Shown: positions 55,282 through 64,000 of the stretch, in pieces
How positions within the stretch are numbered: the first letter of the stretch is position 1
Layout of the letters: every line of letters starts with the position of its first letter
Source of the DNA: Candidatus Poribacteria bacterium
GTDB lineage: Bacteria > Poribacteria > WGA-4E > WGA-3G
Assembly: GCA_007571305.1 (NCBI GenBank)
Contig: RKRR01000119.1
Location: 21,954 to 85,953 of the forward strand
Reading direction: 5' to 3'
Length of the DNA stretch: 64,000 nucleotides
The notes under the pieces: generated by a model
What the model saw: only the letters and a program-made list of their open reading frames with translations
Databases searched by the model: none
What the model was told of the DNA's origin: nothing
Position numbers and translations under genes: made by a program

Positions 55282-56073
55282 TTAGTATGTGCCGGTTCTT
55301 GACTTAATGCTGCCCCATGTCGTTGTTGCTTTATCACGAGGTGAAACTGCGAGGAATCCTTCGTTCATTATCTCGTTGATTTCGTCCTCACTGAGCGCAC
55401 GCCGCCAGACTGCTGCTTCGTCAATAGAACCGTTCTCAAAGGTATAATTCGGACGATCTTTAGAGCATCCGATCCGCAAGTCCTGATCGTTAGTGCCTTT
55501 GAAATCAAACTTTTCTTCTTTCTCTGCGGCGACTTCGCCATCAACGTAGACCTTCATGGTTGACCCATCATAGGTTCCAACGACATGCTGCCATTTCTTG
55601 GTATCCAGGGCATGTGGCTGGCTCAACGTGGGTCTACTGTTGCCTGTCCCTAAGAACATATTAAAATTCGCACCTCCGTTGAAAGCACCGATGCCGTAGG
55701 AGGAATGCTCACCTCCGTTATGACAGTTTTTGTCGAACCACTGGCCATCAGTTGCCCAAGAGTCCTGATTGATCCAAGCCGCCATCGTGATTTCACCCGT
55801 GATTTTCAGGTCGTCGGAGGCTGGTACATTCACACAATCCGGTCCTACATTTGTAATACGAATCGCATCCCCGTACTTGCCCTTCACAATATCAGTATTG
55901 GCGATGATATCTGCGTCCAGCCCGTTGCCGGAATCGTCAACAATCACCTTACCTTTGACATTATCAAACGTGAAGTAGACGACGAGTCCTTCAGCGAGAT
56001 CTGCCGTGGCGTATCCTGCTGCCATAAGCATCAACGCGCTGAGTAGTACGGCATAACCAAATAGCTTTTTCAC
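55282..56073 (-). CDS. secreted LamG (concanavalin A-like lectin/glucanase) domain protein with C-terminal AVSP.DKATTTWG.IK tag
   Basis: Signal peptide present. Laminin_G_3-like pattern (L..YF.FD......DSSGNG.DA, W.HV..TYDG....VYVDG, IDE..VW.RALS..EI). Confidence 0.8.
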   Translation of the reverse strand: MKKLFGYAVLLSALMLMAAGYATADLAEGLVVYFTFDNVKGKVIVDDSGNGLDADIIANTDIVKGKYGDAIRITNVGPDCVNVPASDDLKITGEITMAAWINQDSWATDGQWFDKNCHNGGEHSSYGIGAFNGGANFNMFLGTGNSRPTLSQPHALDTKKWQHVVGTYDGSTMKVYVDGEVAAEKEEKFDFKGTNDQDLRIGCSKDRPNYTFENGSIDEAAVWRRALSEDEINEIMNEGFLAVSPRDKATTTWGSIKSRTGTY

Positions 56074-56195
56074 TCTGTTTCCCTCCTGTGGAGTCTGCCT
56101 ACATCAAAAATATGAATCTGCTGTCTGAAATTGATTAGAGTATATCACGACATTAGGGAGAATGCAATGTGTTTTTATTTTCCTATCAGGAGTTT

Positions 56196-57026
56196 CTACG
56201 CTTCCAAGACGAGCACGGCGTTCATGAGTTCTTCCCATCTGCCCTCAAATTTCTCGCCGAATTCGGTTTCTCCGCCGGTTGCGAGGGGACCCCGCAGCAT
56301 GGGTTTGGTTGTGTTGTTATTTTCCCAAAGTTCCTTACCGCCGAAGTCGTTGTGGAGGAAGTGAAGTGCCACGCCTGCGCGTTCCTTATCGGAAAGGTTA
56401 GATTTTGTGCAATGTGCCACGCCGTAGCAGAAGAAGAGCACGCCCCCTGCTTTCAGTTCGATCGGGACAGCGCGTTCTTCGGGCGGATCGCACCGGATAT
56501 GGTGGTCGCTCAACGGGTCGCGATAGTGCTCGTAACTCTCCCGATGGCTACCGGGGATCACGTGCATGCAACCGTTCTTGACGCTTGAGTCATGGATAGC
56601 GATCCACATTGCTGTCCCCCGCAACGGGTCCGCAATTTTGAAATAGGCGTTGTCTTGATGCCAACTCGTACCGATACCAACCTTGGGGGGTTTCCAGAAT
56701 GCCTGATCCAGTTCTAACATGAATTCATCTCCGATCAATTGTTGAACGGCGGAGATGACTTTTGGATGGAAGGGTAAAGCTTTGTGCAAGTCGCTACGGT
56801 TGTTGAGCGGAATTACCTGAAGGTTTTGACGTTCACCCGCATTGTCGCGCTTGGTTCCGTCTGATTGCACGGCGCAATTGATACCGGTTCCGTTTTTGAG
56901 TTCAGTATCGTAAATCCGTTCTAATTCCAGCCGGAGTGCCTTTGCTTCAACGGGATCGAAAAACCCTTCGATGACAATATACCCATTATTTCGGAATTCC
57001 GCGAGTTGCTTCTCACTTAATTTCAT
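56196..57026 (-). CDS. phytanoyl-CoA dioxygenase (PhyH) family Fe(II)/2-oxoglutarate oxygenase
   Basis: FRNNGYIVIEGF, TSWHQDNAYF and HVIPGSH facial-triad context. Confidence 0.85.
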   Translation of the reverse strand: MKLSEKQLAEFRNNGYIVIEGFFDPVEAKALRLELERIYDTELKNGTGINCAVQSDGTKRDNAGERQNLQVIPLNNRSDLHKALPFHPKVISAVQQLIGDEFMLELDQAFWKPPKVGIGTSWHQDNAYFKIADPLRGTAMWIAIHDSSVKNGCMHVIPGSHRESYEHYRDPLSDHHIRCDPPEERAVPIELKAGGVLFFCYGVAHCTKSNLSDKERAGVALHFLHNDFGGKELWENNNTTKPMLRGPLATGGETEFGEKFEGRWEELMNAVLVLEA

Positions 57027-57111
57027 TTTTCGTTCACCTTCTTTATTTTTTCGATATGGGTGCGGTTAGGAAGCACACCTACCAGAACTAAGGTCAAGCC
57101 TTCTCTCTATG

Positions 57112-57264
57112 TAATACCTCTTGTAGCATAACCTGTTAGGTTGTGCCTCTTCAGACGCAGGAAACCCACGGTCTCCTACGCTCCGAACTGATGCAGGTCT
57201 TGAGCGTTTTTCAATGAAAGTAGCAGATGCATCTCTAAAATTGTGTCCGTAGCAACTTCGGTTA
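57112..57264 (+). repeat. MITE-like structured repeat, family R1, copy E
   Basis: GTAGCATAACCTGTTAGGTTGTGC (57123-57146), CAGGAAACCCACGGTCTCCTACGCT (57158-57183) and GTAGCAACTTCGGTTA (57249-57264). Confidence 0.7.
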
Positions 57265-57290
57265 TAGTAGCAGGACGTGTGCATATTATC

Positions 57291-58697
57291 TTACTGTCTT
57301 TCTGCGCACGGCACGATAATAGAATCCACCATGCCGTGTAGAATTTTCTTGTCCGCTGGGCAGACTGCGGCTTGCATTCCCCCAAGTTTAACGGTGTCTC
57401 CGACGACGAAATAATATGGGCGAAGAAGTGGACGGCACGCCATCTCTTGAATATCACCAGCATCGAAATCGTAATACTGCATTCGGACCCGTTCGGCAGT
57501 ATGGAATTTCTGGAGGACATAGGGATTTTTCCCGAAATTCTCAAGACTGTTTTCAATGACAGCTTCCCACTCCTCCGTAGGAAGATCGTGTCCGATTGCT
57601 ACACCACGACTCCCCCACGCGAGTTCTGAGAAGCCTGAGGGTTTGATAACCAATTCCCGTTGACGTTGCGTCACGGAGCTGAGTTGCCGCCAATCTGTTA
57701 CGGCATTTCCTTCCACCTCCAAACTGGGAATCACAGCATGTGGTGGTAGGGGACGGGCATCGATGATCCATGTCTCTGGAATTGCCTGTTGCAGGAACGG
57801 ATACGTTTTTTTGCCGAGATGCCGTTTCCAAAACGGTTGGAGCGTAGGGTGATGGAAGAGCGCGAGACATAATTTTTCTTCCAAGTAGGATTTAGGCGGG
57901 GGGGTCATCACAACGGTGCGTTTCTTTGCACTATAGAACATTAACTCGGCTTTCGGGATATTGGGGAGATCAAACAGTTCATAGAAGCGATACAGTACGT
58001 CAACTTCCATCTTGCCTTCTGTGGTTTCAACGAGTAACCCGTCTTCAGTAAAAATTACCTCGTGAGGTTTGACGGTACGGGTCTCCACTCCAGCCTCACA
58101 AAGTGCTGCGGCAAGCCACACCATCTCCGCCCAATAATCTTCCGATTCGTCTGACACGACGATTGCGAGTGTGGGATTATCTTTCTTTGCGAGAGCTTGG
58201 ATCATTTCGGCATATCCGTTCACCATCCCGTCACTGCCGCCGATGATGTGATAGCCGAGTTGTGCGTAGAGCCTCGCTAAGCAACCTGTCGCCCCGATAA
58301 ACCCTGGAATCGAGTCGAGTTCGGTGATCGCCATGCCATCGGTAGTGGGGAGAATATCCGGACGGAGTACGCCGGGCAATTGACTCTTAAAACGGTTCAT
58401 CCGTCCATATTGGATAACCGGTTCCGGTTTGCCGATCTCCAGATACTCGGCTACCCAAGTGGGTTGAATACCTCGAACGCTTTGGGAATAGAGTAAATTG
58501 CAGGCGCGATAGAAATTTAAAAGATGCGTTCCGAGTTCCTCAAACCATCTCAAATCCGATTCAGGAATCCAGAATGGCTCCGGTGAAATACGCCAAGAGG
58601 TATTGCAATCGGGATGGATTTCCCGCTTTTCTGCTTCAAATAGTTTCGCCTTCGGAATTTCGTCGTTAATGAATAGACATTTCTGTTTGGCATCCAA
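57291..58697 (-). CDS. conserved hypothetical protein, possibly an ATP-grasp-like ligase
   Basis: 468 aa. RPDILPTTDGMAITELDSIPGFIG resembles the R.D....G...E.N.d.PgG segment of glutathionylspermidine-synthase-like or circularly permuted ATP-grasp proteins. Assignment is weak. Confidence 0.35.
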   Translation of the reverse strand: MDAKQKCLFINDEIPKAKLFEAEKREIHPDCNTSWRISPEPFWIPESDLRWFEELGTHLLNFYRACNLLYSQSVRGIQPTWVAEYLEIGKPEPVIQYGRMNRFKSQLPGVLRPDILPTTDGMAITELDSIPGFIGATGCLARLYAQLGYHIIGGSDGMVNGYAEMIQALAKKDNPTLAIVVSDESEDYWAEMVWLAAALCEAGVETRTVKPHEVIFTEDGLLVETTEGKMEVDVLYRFYELFDLPNIPKAELMFYSAKKRTVVMTPPPKSYLEEKLCLALFHHPTLQPFWKRHLGKKTYPFLQQAIPETWIIDARPLPPHAVIPSLEVEGNAVTDWRQLSSVTQRQRELVIKPSGFSELAWGSRGVAIGHDLPTEEWEAVIENSLENFGKNPYVLQKFHTAERVRMQYYDFDAGDIQEMACRPLLRPYYFVVGDTVKLGGMQAAVCPADKKILHGMVDSIIVPCAERQ

Positions 58698-58721
58698 TTT
58701 TAATTATTCCTTGCGGTTGGG

Positions 58722-60308
58722 TTATGCCAGGAAGACCTGTTTAACGAAGTCGATCTTCTTCTGTTCAGCGATGGTTTGCAAGACGTGCCGAGGCACAGCC
58801 GTATCCACGTTGATGAGTGTTACGGCGAGTTCCGATAAACGTGAACGTCCGACAGTCATATCCGCGATGTTGATACCGTGTTCCCCCAGAATTGTTCCCA
58901 TTAATCCTATCATTCCTGGCTGGTCACTATTATAGATGAGGAGGATATATCCTGTCGGTCTCACGTTTATATGCAGTTGATTTATGCGGACGATGCGGAT
59001 GTCCTTTTTACCGAAAGCCGTGCCTTCGATGACTGCCTCGCCTTTATCGGTTGTAACTGTAATCGCAATGGAGTTCGCAAAATCTGCTTCTGCCTCGCTT
59101 TTCGTTTCTGTAAGGGCAATTCCGCGTTGCTTAATCAGGAAAGGTGCGTTTACATAGTTCACGTCCGTTAGTACAGGGGTCAAAAGCCCTTTCTGTAGTG
59201 CCACAGTTATCGGTGTAACATCTTCTTTCTGGAAGAGGTTGCCGTTGTAGTGGATCTTGATCGCGGAGATTTGTCCCTCGACAATTTGTGCATGAAAACT
59301 GCCAATCTTTTCGGCAAGTTCCAGATAGGGACCGAAAAGATCAAGCGTCCTCGGGTCAATTTTAGGTTGATTTACGGCATTCGAGACGGGTTGTCCGCGG
59401 AGGGCATTTATTACCTGCTGTGCCACCTCGACAGCAACATGCTCCTGCGCTTCTGATGTAGATGCACCGAGGTGTGGGAGTGCCAGAACGTTCTCTAAGT
59501 CCAGCAGTGGGGTTTCCGTTGCCGGTTCGCTTTCAAAAACGTCAAGGGCGGCCCCGGCGATTTGTCCTGTTTTCAAGGCGTGATAGAGGGTGTCTTCGTC
59601 GATAATACCCCCACGGGCGCAGTTAATCAGACGACAACTTGGCTTCATCAATGCGAACTCTGACTCACCTACACTGTGATACGTTTCGGCGTTGAGATGT
59701 GTGTGGACGGAGATGTAATCGGCTTCTTGAAAAAGTGTTTCCCGCTCGACGAGTCGGATGCCGATCTTCTCTGCCGCACTTGCTGAGACATACGGATCAT
59801 AGGCAATAATTTGCATCCCGAAAGCTTGTGCGCGCCGGGCAACCTCTCGTCCGATCCGTCCGAGACCAATCGTGCCAAAAATCTTCCCGTATAACTCAAC
59901 TCCGATGAAGTTATTGCGTTGCCATGTTCTGTTTCGGAGTGATATCCCGGCAGGCACGATGTTTCGCGCCAATGCCAGCAGCATTGCTATGGTATGTTCC
60001 GCTGCCGCGATCGTATTTCCGGTTGGTGTATTGACAACTAAGATGCCGTTTCGTGTTGCGGCTTGCACATCAATATTATCCACACCGACACCGGCGCGTC
60101 CGACGACCTTTAGCTGCTTCGCGTTGTCAATGACATCGGCAGTTACCTTCGTTGCGCTTCTGATCAGTAGGGCATGATAGTCAGCAATCCGGTCCAGCAG
60201 TTCTTCATGAGAGAGGTTGAGGTTAACGTCTACCTCAAAATCACCACTCTCCTTTAAAACATCTAAACCTCGCTGTGACAGCAGGTCGCTGACCAGCACT
60301 TTGTTCAT
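58722..60308 (-). CDS. serA: D-3-phosphoglycerate dehydrogenase (long form with ASB and ACT domains)
   Basis: MNKVLVSD start, GLGRIGREVARRAQAFGM NAD-binding site, a 2-hydroxyacid dehydrogenase catalytic region, and a C-terminal ACT domain (YILLIYNSDQPGMIG). Confidence 0.93.
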   Translation of the reverse strand: MNKVLVSDLLSQRGLDVLKESGDFEVDVNLNLSHEELLDRIADYHALLIRSATKVTADVIDNAKQLKVVGRAGVGVDNIDVQAATRNGILVVNTPTGNTIAAAEHTIAMLLALARNIVPAGISLRNRTWQRNNFIGVELYGKIFGTIGLGRIGREVARRAQAFGMQIIAYDPYVSASAAEKIGIRLVERETLFQEADYISVHTHLNAETYHSVGESEFALMKPSCRLINCARGGIIDEDTLYHALKTGQIAGAALDVFESEPATETPLLDLENVLALPHLGASTSEAQEHVAVEVAQQVINALRGQPVSNAVNQPKIDPRTLDLFGPYLELAEKIGSFHAQIVEGQISAIKIHYNGNLFQKEDVTPITVALQKGLLTPVLTDVNYVNAPFLIKQRGIALTETKSEAEADFANSIAITVTTDKGEAVIEGTAFGKKDIRIVRINQLHINVRPTGYILLIYNSDQPGMIGLMGTILGEHGINIADMTVGRSRLSELAVTLINVDTAVPRHVLQTIAEQKKIDFVKQVFLA

Positions 60309-60638
60309 AAACCTAAAATCCTCCACCGTTATCGCGTTAAAACGGCTACCTGCAGCATTCCACCTGCAGAATATCTTTAAATTATAGCATGTCCGAGACT
60401 CTCTGTCAATTACATTTTGTTTTCGTGCATAAGGAACATATATTTTCACGGAGGCTGCGCGGAAGTTTTTATGGACGTAGGTGTGACGTGGGTTGCCAAA
60501 ACACAGTATGCCGTTTCTTCGTAAAAAAACGAATGTGATAATAGAATTAACTTATCGTATAAATGAAAATTGACCGCTGACCGCTGACAACCGATAACTC
60601 AACACTATTGGACATATTTTTTCTTGTATGGTAATATA

Positions 60639-60728
60639 TAATCCAAGTTGCTACTTACAAGTTTTTAGGCAGATTTATGCACAGGAGACCAACGGTTTCC
60701 TATGCTACATAACTGGCAGCTTGGGTTA
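60639..60728 (+). repeat. MITE-like structured repeat, family R1, short copy F
   Basis: TAATCCAAGTTGCTAC (60639-60654), CACAGGAGACCAACGGTTTCCTATGCTAC (60680-60708) and a degraded right end CAGCTTGGGTTA (60717-60728). Confidence 0.65.
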
Positions 60729-60790
60729 ATATATACGCTAATATTCATCGTGCATCTTCACAGGCACGAACTCTGAAAAAACATGGAGGC

Positions 60791-61003
60791 ATGAATATGT
60801 TAGGCCTTGGTCCGTGGGAATTATTGATTGTGTTAGCTGTTGTGTTACTCATATTTGGCGGGAAACGTCTTCCCGAGTTGGCGCGTGGATTGGGTAAGAG
60901 CGTTACAAACTTTAAAGCGGGTCTCAATGAGGAACAGACGGAACAGACCGACGCATCAGCACAGCAGGAAAAAGAAACACCCCGAAATGAGAAGACCGGG
61001 TAA
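60791..61003 (+). CDS. tatA: twin-arginine translocase TatA/E family protein
   Basis: GPWELLIVLAVVLLIFGGKRLPELARGLGKSVTNFK is the canonical TatA TM helix plus amphipathic helix. The start may be the third codon (ATG 60797). Confidence 0.88.
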   Translation: MNMLGLGPWELLIVLAVVLLIFGGKRLPELARGLGKSVTNFKAGLNEEQTEQTDASAQQEKETPRNEKTG

Positions 61004-61082
61004 TCAGACGATAGGAACGTTCTCTAAATTCGTGGGTATCGAATTTCAGAGACCGATCCGAAAAGGAACAGGAGATTTTTTG

Positions 61083-61403
61083 ATGCAGGATAAATTACCT
61101 GATTTTCTTCAGAATGTAATTGAAGAATACCCGGATGTTTGGAAAGCGTATCAGGCATTGGGTGAAGCGTGCGGTACTGCAGGTCCTCTTGAACAGAAAA
61201 CCGTAAGATTTGTTAAGCTCGCATTGGCTATAGGTGCGAAGTCTGAAGGCGCAGTGCATTCGCATACGCGGCGCGCGCTCCGAGAAGGCATTGCACCCGA
61301 GGCGTTACAACAGGTAGCACTGCTCGCCGTGACTTCTATCGGCTGGTCTTCGAGTATGGCAGCATTGTCCTGGATTCAAGATGTCGTGGACAAACAATCG
61401 TAA
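61083..61403 (+). CDS. carboxymuconolactone decarboxylase (AhpD-like) family protein
   Basis: The tracked ORF 60840..61403 overlaps tatA in another frame. Start set at MQDKLPDF. LEQKTVRFVKLALAIGAKSEGAVHSHTRRALREGIAPEAL fits the CMD fold pattern. Confidence 0.65.
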   Translation: MQDKLPDFLQNVIEEYPDVWKAYQALGEACGTAGPLEQKTVRFVKLALAIGAKSEGAVHSHTRRALREGIAPEALQQVALLAVTSIGWSSSMAALSWIQDVVDKQS

Positions 61404-61525
61404 CTTAAAGATTTTTTAATTATCGATTAAATACCGTTCTGCTCCGCTCACGTTATTGTTTTTCATCGGACAAACCGCAAGCCTGCGACACTGGCACAGG
61501 CGAATAGGTGGGAAGCACTTTAAGT

Positions 61526-62818
61526 ATGAAACCTGCGTTATTACTCCGCAAGGTAAAATTAAAAACCTATCGGGTTTTAATCCTCACTGCTATCCTCTTA
61601 TACCTCATTCCATCTGTTAGCAGAGCCGAAACGAGAACAGCGTTTCAGCAGGGCGTTGAATATGTCAAACTTCGGCTCTATCCACAGGCAGTAGATACCT
61701 TTAAATCGATATTATCACGCGATCCGACAGATGTGAACGCGCTTTTCCAACTGGCGAATGTCTATAAATTGCAAGATGAATTGGCATTAGCGATTCAGAC
61801 TTTTAATGCCCTTTTGACGCAACAGACAGATTTCCAAAACTCCACAGTTACAGATTCCGAGAAAGCCCTGACAGGAGATCGCATTCAGGGGTTAACTCAC
61901 CTCGCTTTATCAGAAATTTATTGCAAGCAGAGTCAATTGGACATCGCAGAGCAGCACGCCAAAGAAGCCGTTGAGAGGTATCCCACGGATGCGAATACAC
62001 ATTATCGGTTGGGTTATATCTACACACATCAGGCGAAGTTTGACGCTGCACTCGCTTCGTTCAAACACACCCTCGCACGCAACCCTGACTTTGCCGAAGT
62101 TTATGAATGGCTCGGTTTGATAGCGCTCATGCAACAGAAACCACAGCAAGCGGTGGAGCATTATCAGAAGGCGATAGCGAGAAAGCCTTATGTCCAGAGT
62201 GCCTATTACAATTTGGCAAAGGCTTACCGACTCCTTGATGATACTGCAGCGGCAACGGAACAACTCAAGTTATTCCAGCAAATGAAAGTCTATTACGATC
62301 GGACCTATGCCATTGAAGGTGCTTTGGCGGAAGATCCTCTGAACACGACGCTTCGGCTTGAATTGGCGGAAGTCCATCTGGCGCACAAACACATCTCCGC
62401 CGCGATTACGACGTATAAAAGTTTGATTCGGCTGCATCCAGAGTTGGTGACCGGATATGATAAGATGGGTCGGCTTTACATGGATCTTAACATGTCCCAA
62501 CGTGCCATCCCATTCTTTTTGAAAATCCTTGAATTAAATCCAGACGCTGTGGAAGCACACGTCCGATTGGGTTGGCTCTATACCACGTTAAAGGCGTTTG
62601 ATAAGGCGGAATCGCATCTGCAAGCCGCTATAGAGAAGATGCCCGGACTTACCTTGGCGTATCACGGATTAGCCGAAATTTACACGGAACAGGGGCATCT
62701 TCAGAAAGCGATAGATGTCTACCGACACATCACAGAAATCGCGCCTGACGATCATGAGGCTTGGCAAGCTGGACAGAACTTAGAGCGTTTGAAAAAGAGT
62801 CCACAAACGACGCGGTAA
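61526..62818 (+). CDS. tetratricopeptide repeat (TPR) protein with N-terminal membrane anchor
   Basis: Multiple 34-aa TPR units (A...Y..AL...P....A...LG..Y). Start set at MKPALLL. Confidence 0.85.
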   Translation: MKPALLLRKVKLKTYRVLILTAILLYLIPSVSRAETRTAFQQGVEYVKLRLYPQAVDTFKSILSRDPTDVNALFQLANVYKLQDELALAIQTFNALLTQQTDFQNSTVTDSEKALTGDRIQGLTHLALSEIYCKQSQLDIAEQHAKEAVERYPTDANTHYRLGYIYTHQAKFDAALASFKHTLARNPDFAEVYEWLGLIALMQQKPQQAVEHYQKAIARKPYVQSAYYNLAKAYRLLDDTAAATEQLKLFQQMKVYYDRTYAIEGALAEDPLNTTLRLELAEVHLAHKHISAAITTYKSLIRLHPELVTGYDKMGRLYMDLNMSQRAIPFFLKILELNPDAVEAHVRLGWLYTTLKAFDKAESHLQAAIEKMPGLTLAYHGLAEIYTEQGHLQKAIDVYRHITEIAPDDHEAWQAGQNLERLKKSPQTTR

Positions 62819-62918
62819 TTTTCTCATCGAAATAAGTAGTTTCGGGCGGACATTATAGCAATTTATGCGTCTTTTTCAAACTCCCGTTAAACCACATCTA
62901 CCATAAATCGTGGAAGAA

Positions 62919-64000
62919 TTATGGATAGGCATCTAAAGCCGATTGCCATTTGGTGAGTTGCGAGACTCGCTGACGCGCATCCGCTGGCATTTCAAGAGGT
63001 CTGCCGCGAGTATCAACGACCAACCCAACGACACCCCCCATCACCTCTGCTTCAACGGGATGTCCATTCCCGGCACCGATATCGAACCTCCGTGATGGCT
63101 GGAGTTTTAGGGTTGCTTTTTCGCCCAATGGAAGCGGATAGAGCTGGAGTTCGCCGTAGGGAACATCTTCAGTGATAGGTGCGTTATTCGGGGTACTCAC
63201 TTCTATCGAAAGGCACGTTTCACCTACCTTTGCAACACCGACCGGGGAGATAACGGTGCCCAAATGGATAAGACAATCCTGCTCAAAAACATGCGTCGCT
63301 GCTTCGGGATTGACCTGGGCCAAAACACCGAGCTGTGGCATCATAAAGATGCTATCAACAGCGAGACGGGTGATGCCTTCAGGTTGAAACGCGTCTATCA
63401 TCATGATCATAGCTTGCTGTCGCCGCGGCGCATGCGATAAAACACCACCACTTCCGACAAGCATATCCAAAGAAAGCATGTCTACAAGGGTTTGACCGCT
63501 TTCCGCTTGATCGAAGGCTTCAGAGATCGTCCGCTGTTGCTGAACCCCGCGCAATTCCACAGCGAGTTGTTTGTGCTGTTCAAAAGCGAGTCGGAGTGCC
63601 TCACGGGCAATTGCTTGTTCAAGAATGAGTTCTTGCAAGGTTTGAGGAATTGTGGTCGGACGAATCATTTTGTTTTTAATTCGGTTGCGAAGGTCGCCGA
63701 CTTCAATGTCAAACGGCACCCAACGAAGGACGTTCTCTAAACCGGCTTCAGCGAGGACATTGGAGACACTATAACTCATGCCGAGATTGGCACTCACAGT
63801 GCGGTTAAAGATAGATTCCCTTTCTCTGTTCTTAAAGACAGAAAACACATCTGTCGTTGCTCCGCCGATGTCCACACCGACGACTTCAATATCTTGTTGT
63901 GCGGAGACTGTTTGAATGATCTCACCGACTGCACCGGGGGTCGGCATAATAGGTGCGTCTGTCCAGTCGATGAGTTTTCTGTAACCTGGAGCATGTGCCA
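62919..64000 (-). CDS. glutamate mutase L (GlmL)-family protein, 5-prime end beyond the window
   Basis: VVGVDIGGATTDVFSV matches the GlmL-family DIGGATTDV motif. The reading frame stays open from 63947 to the window edge, so the gene is partial. Confidence 0.7.
   Translation of the reverse strand, partial: AHAPGYRKLIDWTDAPIMPTPGAVGEIIQTVSAQQDIEVVGVDIGGATTDVFSVFKNRERESIFNRTVSANLGMSYSVSNVLAEAGLENVLRWVPFDIEVGDLRNRIKNKMIRPTTIPQTLQELILEQAIAREALRLAFEQHKQLAVELRGVQQQRTISEAFDQAESGQTLVDMLSLDMLVGSGGVLSHAPRRQQAMIMMIDAFQPEGITRLAVDSIFMMPQLGVLAQVNPEAATHVFEQDCLIHLGTVISPVGVAKVGETCLSIEVSTPNNAPITEDVPYGELQLYPLPLGEKATLKLQPSRRFDIGAGNGHPVEAEVMGGVVGLVVDTRGRPLEMPADARQRVSQLTKWQSALDAYP

Noticed and set aside
60840-61082. 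N-terminal 81 codons of tracked ORF 60840..61403
   Set aside because: It overlaps tatA in a different frame and translates to a basic low-complexity peptide. The CMD-family similarity begins only at the ATG at 61083.

Overview
This 64-kb chromosomal segment looks like it comes from an uncultivated bacterium. I call about 55 protein genes, 2 tRNAs, two IS remnants and several dispersed repeat copies. I see no rRNA, CRISPR array or integrase. Housekeeping anchors are secA, purA, rplM-rpsI, recQ, serA, msrA, tatA, larC, an RpoD-like sigma factor, and tRNA-Glu(UUC) with tRNA-Lys(UUU). The other genes (sulfatase, PhyH dioxygenase, Gfo/Idh/MocA, xylose-isomerase-like TIM barrels, LamG, Kelch, HEAT, TPR, DUF1573, CarboxypepD_reg) are typical of PVC/FCB-type or candidate-phylum genomes such as Poribacteria; that placement is inference only. 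Five things stand out. (1) A low-GC defence island at 2.1-9.3 kb holds a Type III-like R-M system in res..mod order, split by a RelE/ParE toxin-antitoxin pair. It is followed by an uncharacterised DUF2806-like gene and a miniature IS remnant. (2) A diverged, tandemly duplicated two-gene cassette at 37.5-40.8 kb encodes a membrane-anchored protein of unknown family plus a secreted DUF1080/LamG-like protein. It sits in an envelope cluster between tRNA genes and secA. (3) A short non-hydrophobic C-terminal tag (AV[SN]Px[2-3]K[LA][ST]TxWGx[IL]K) is shared by four secreted proteins of unrelated folds. (4) Two related families of MITE-like structured repeats occupy six intergenic regions. (5) A Clp1/Grc3-type polynucleotide kinase homologue and a sigma factor with an apparent degenerate internal duplicate of region 2 are also present. 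All function calls come from motif recognition by eye; no database search was run.
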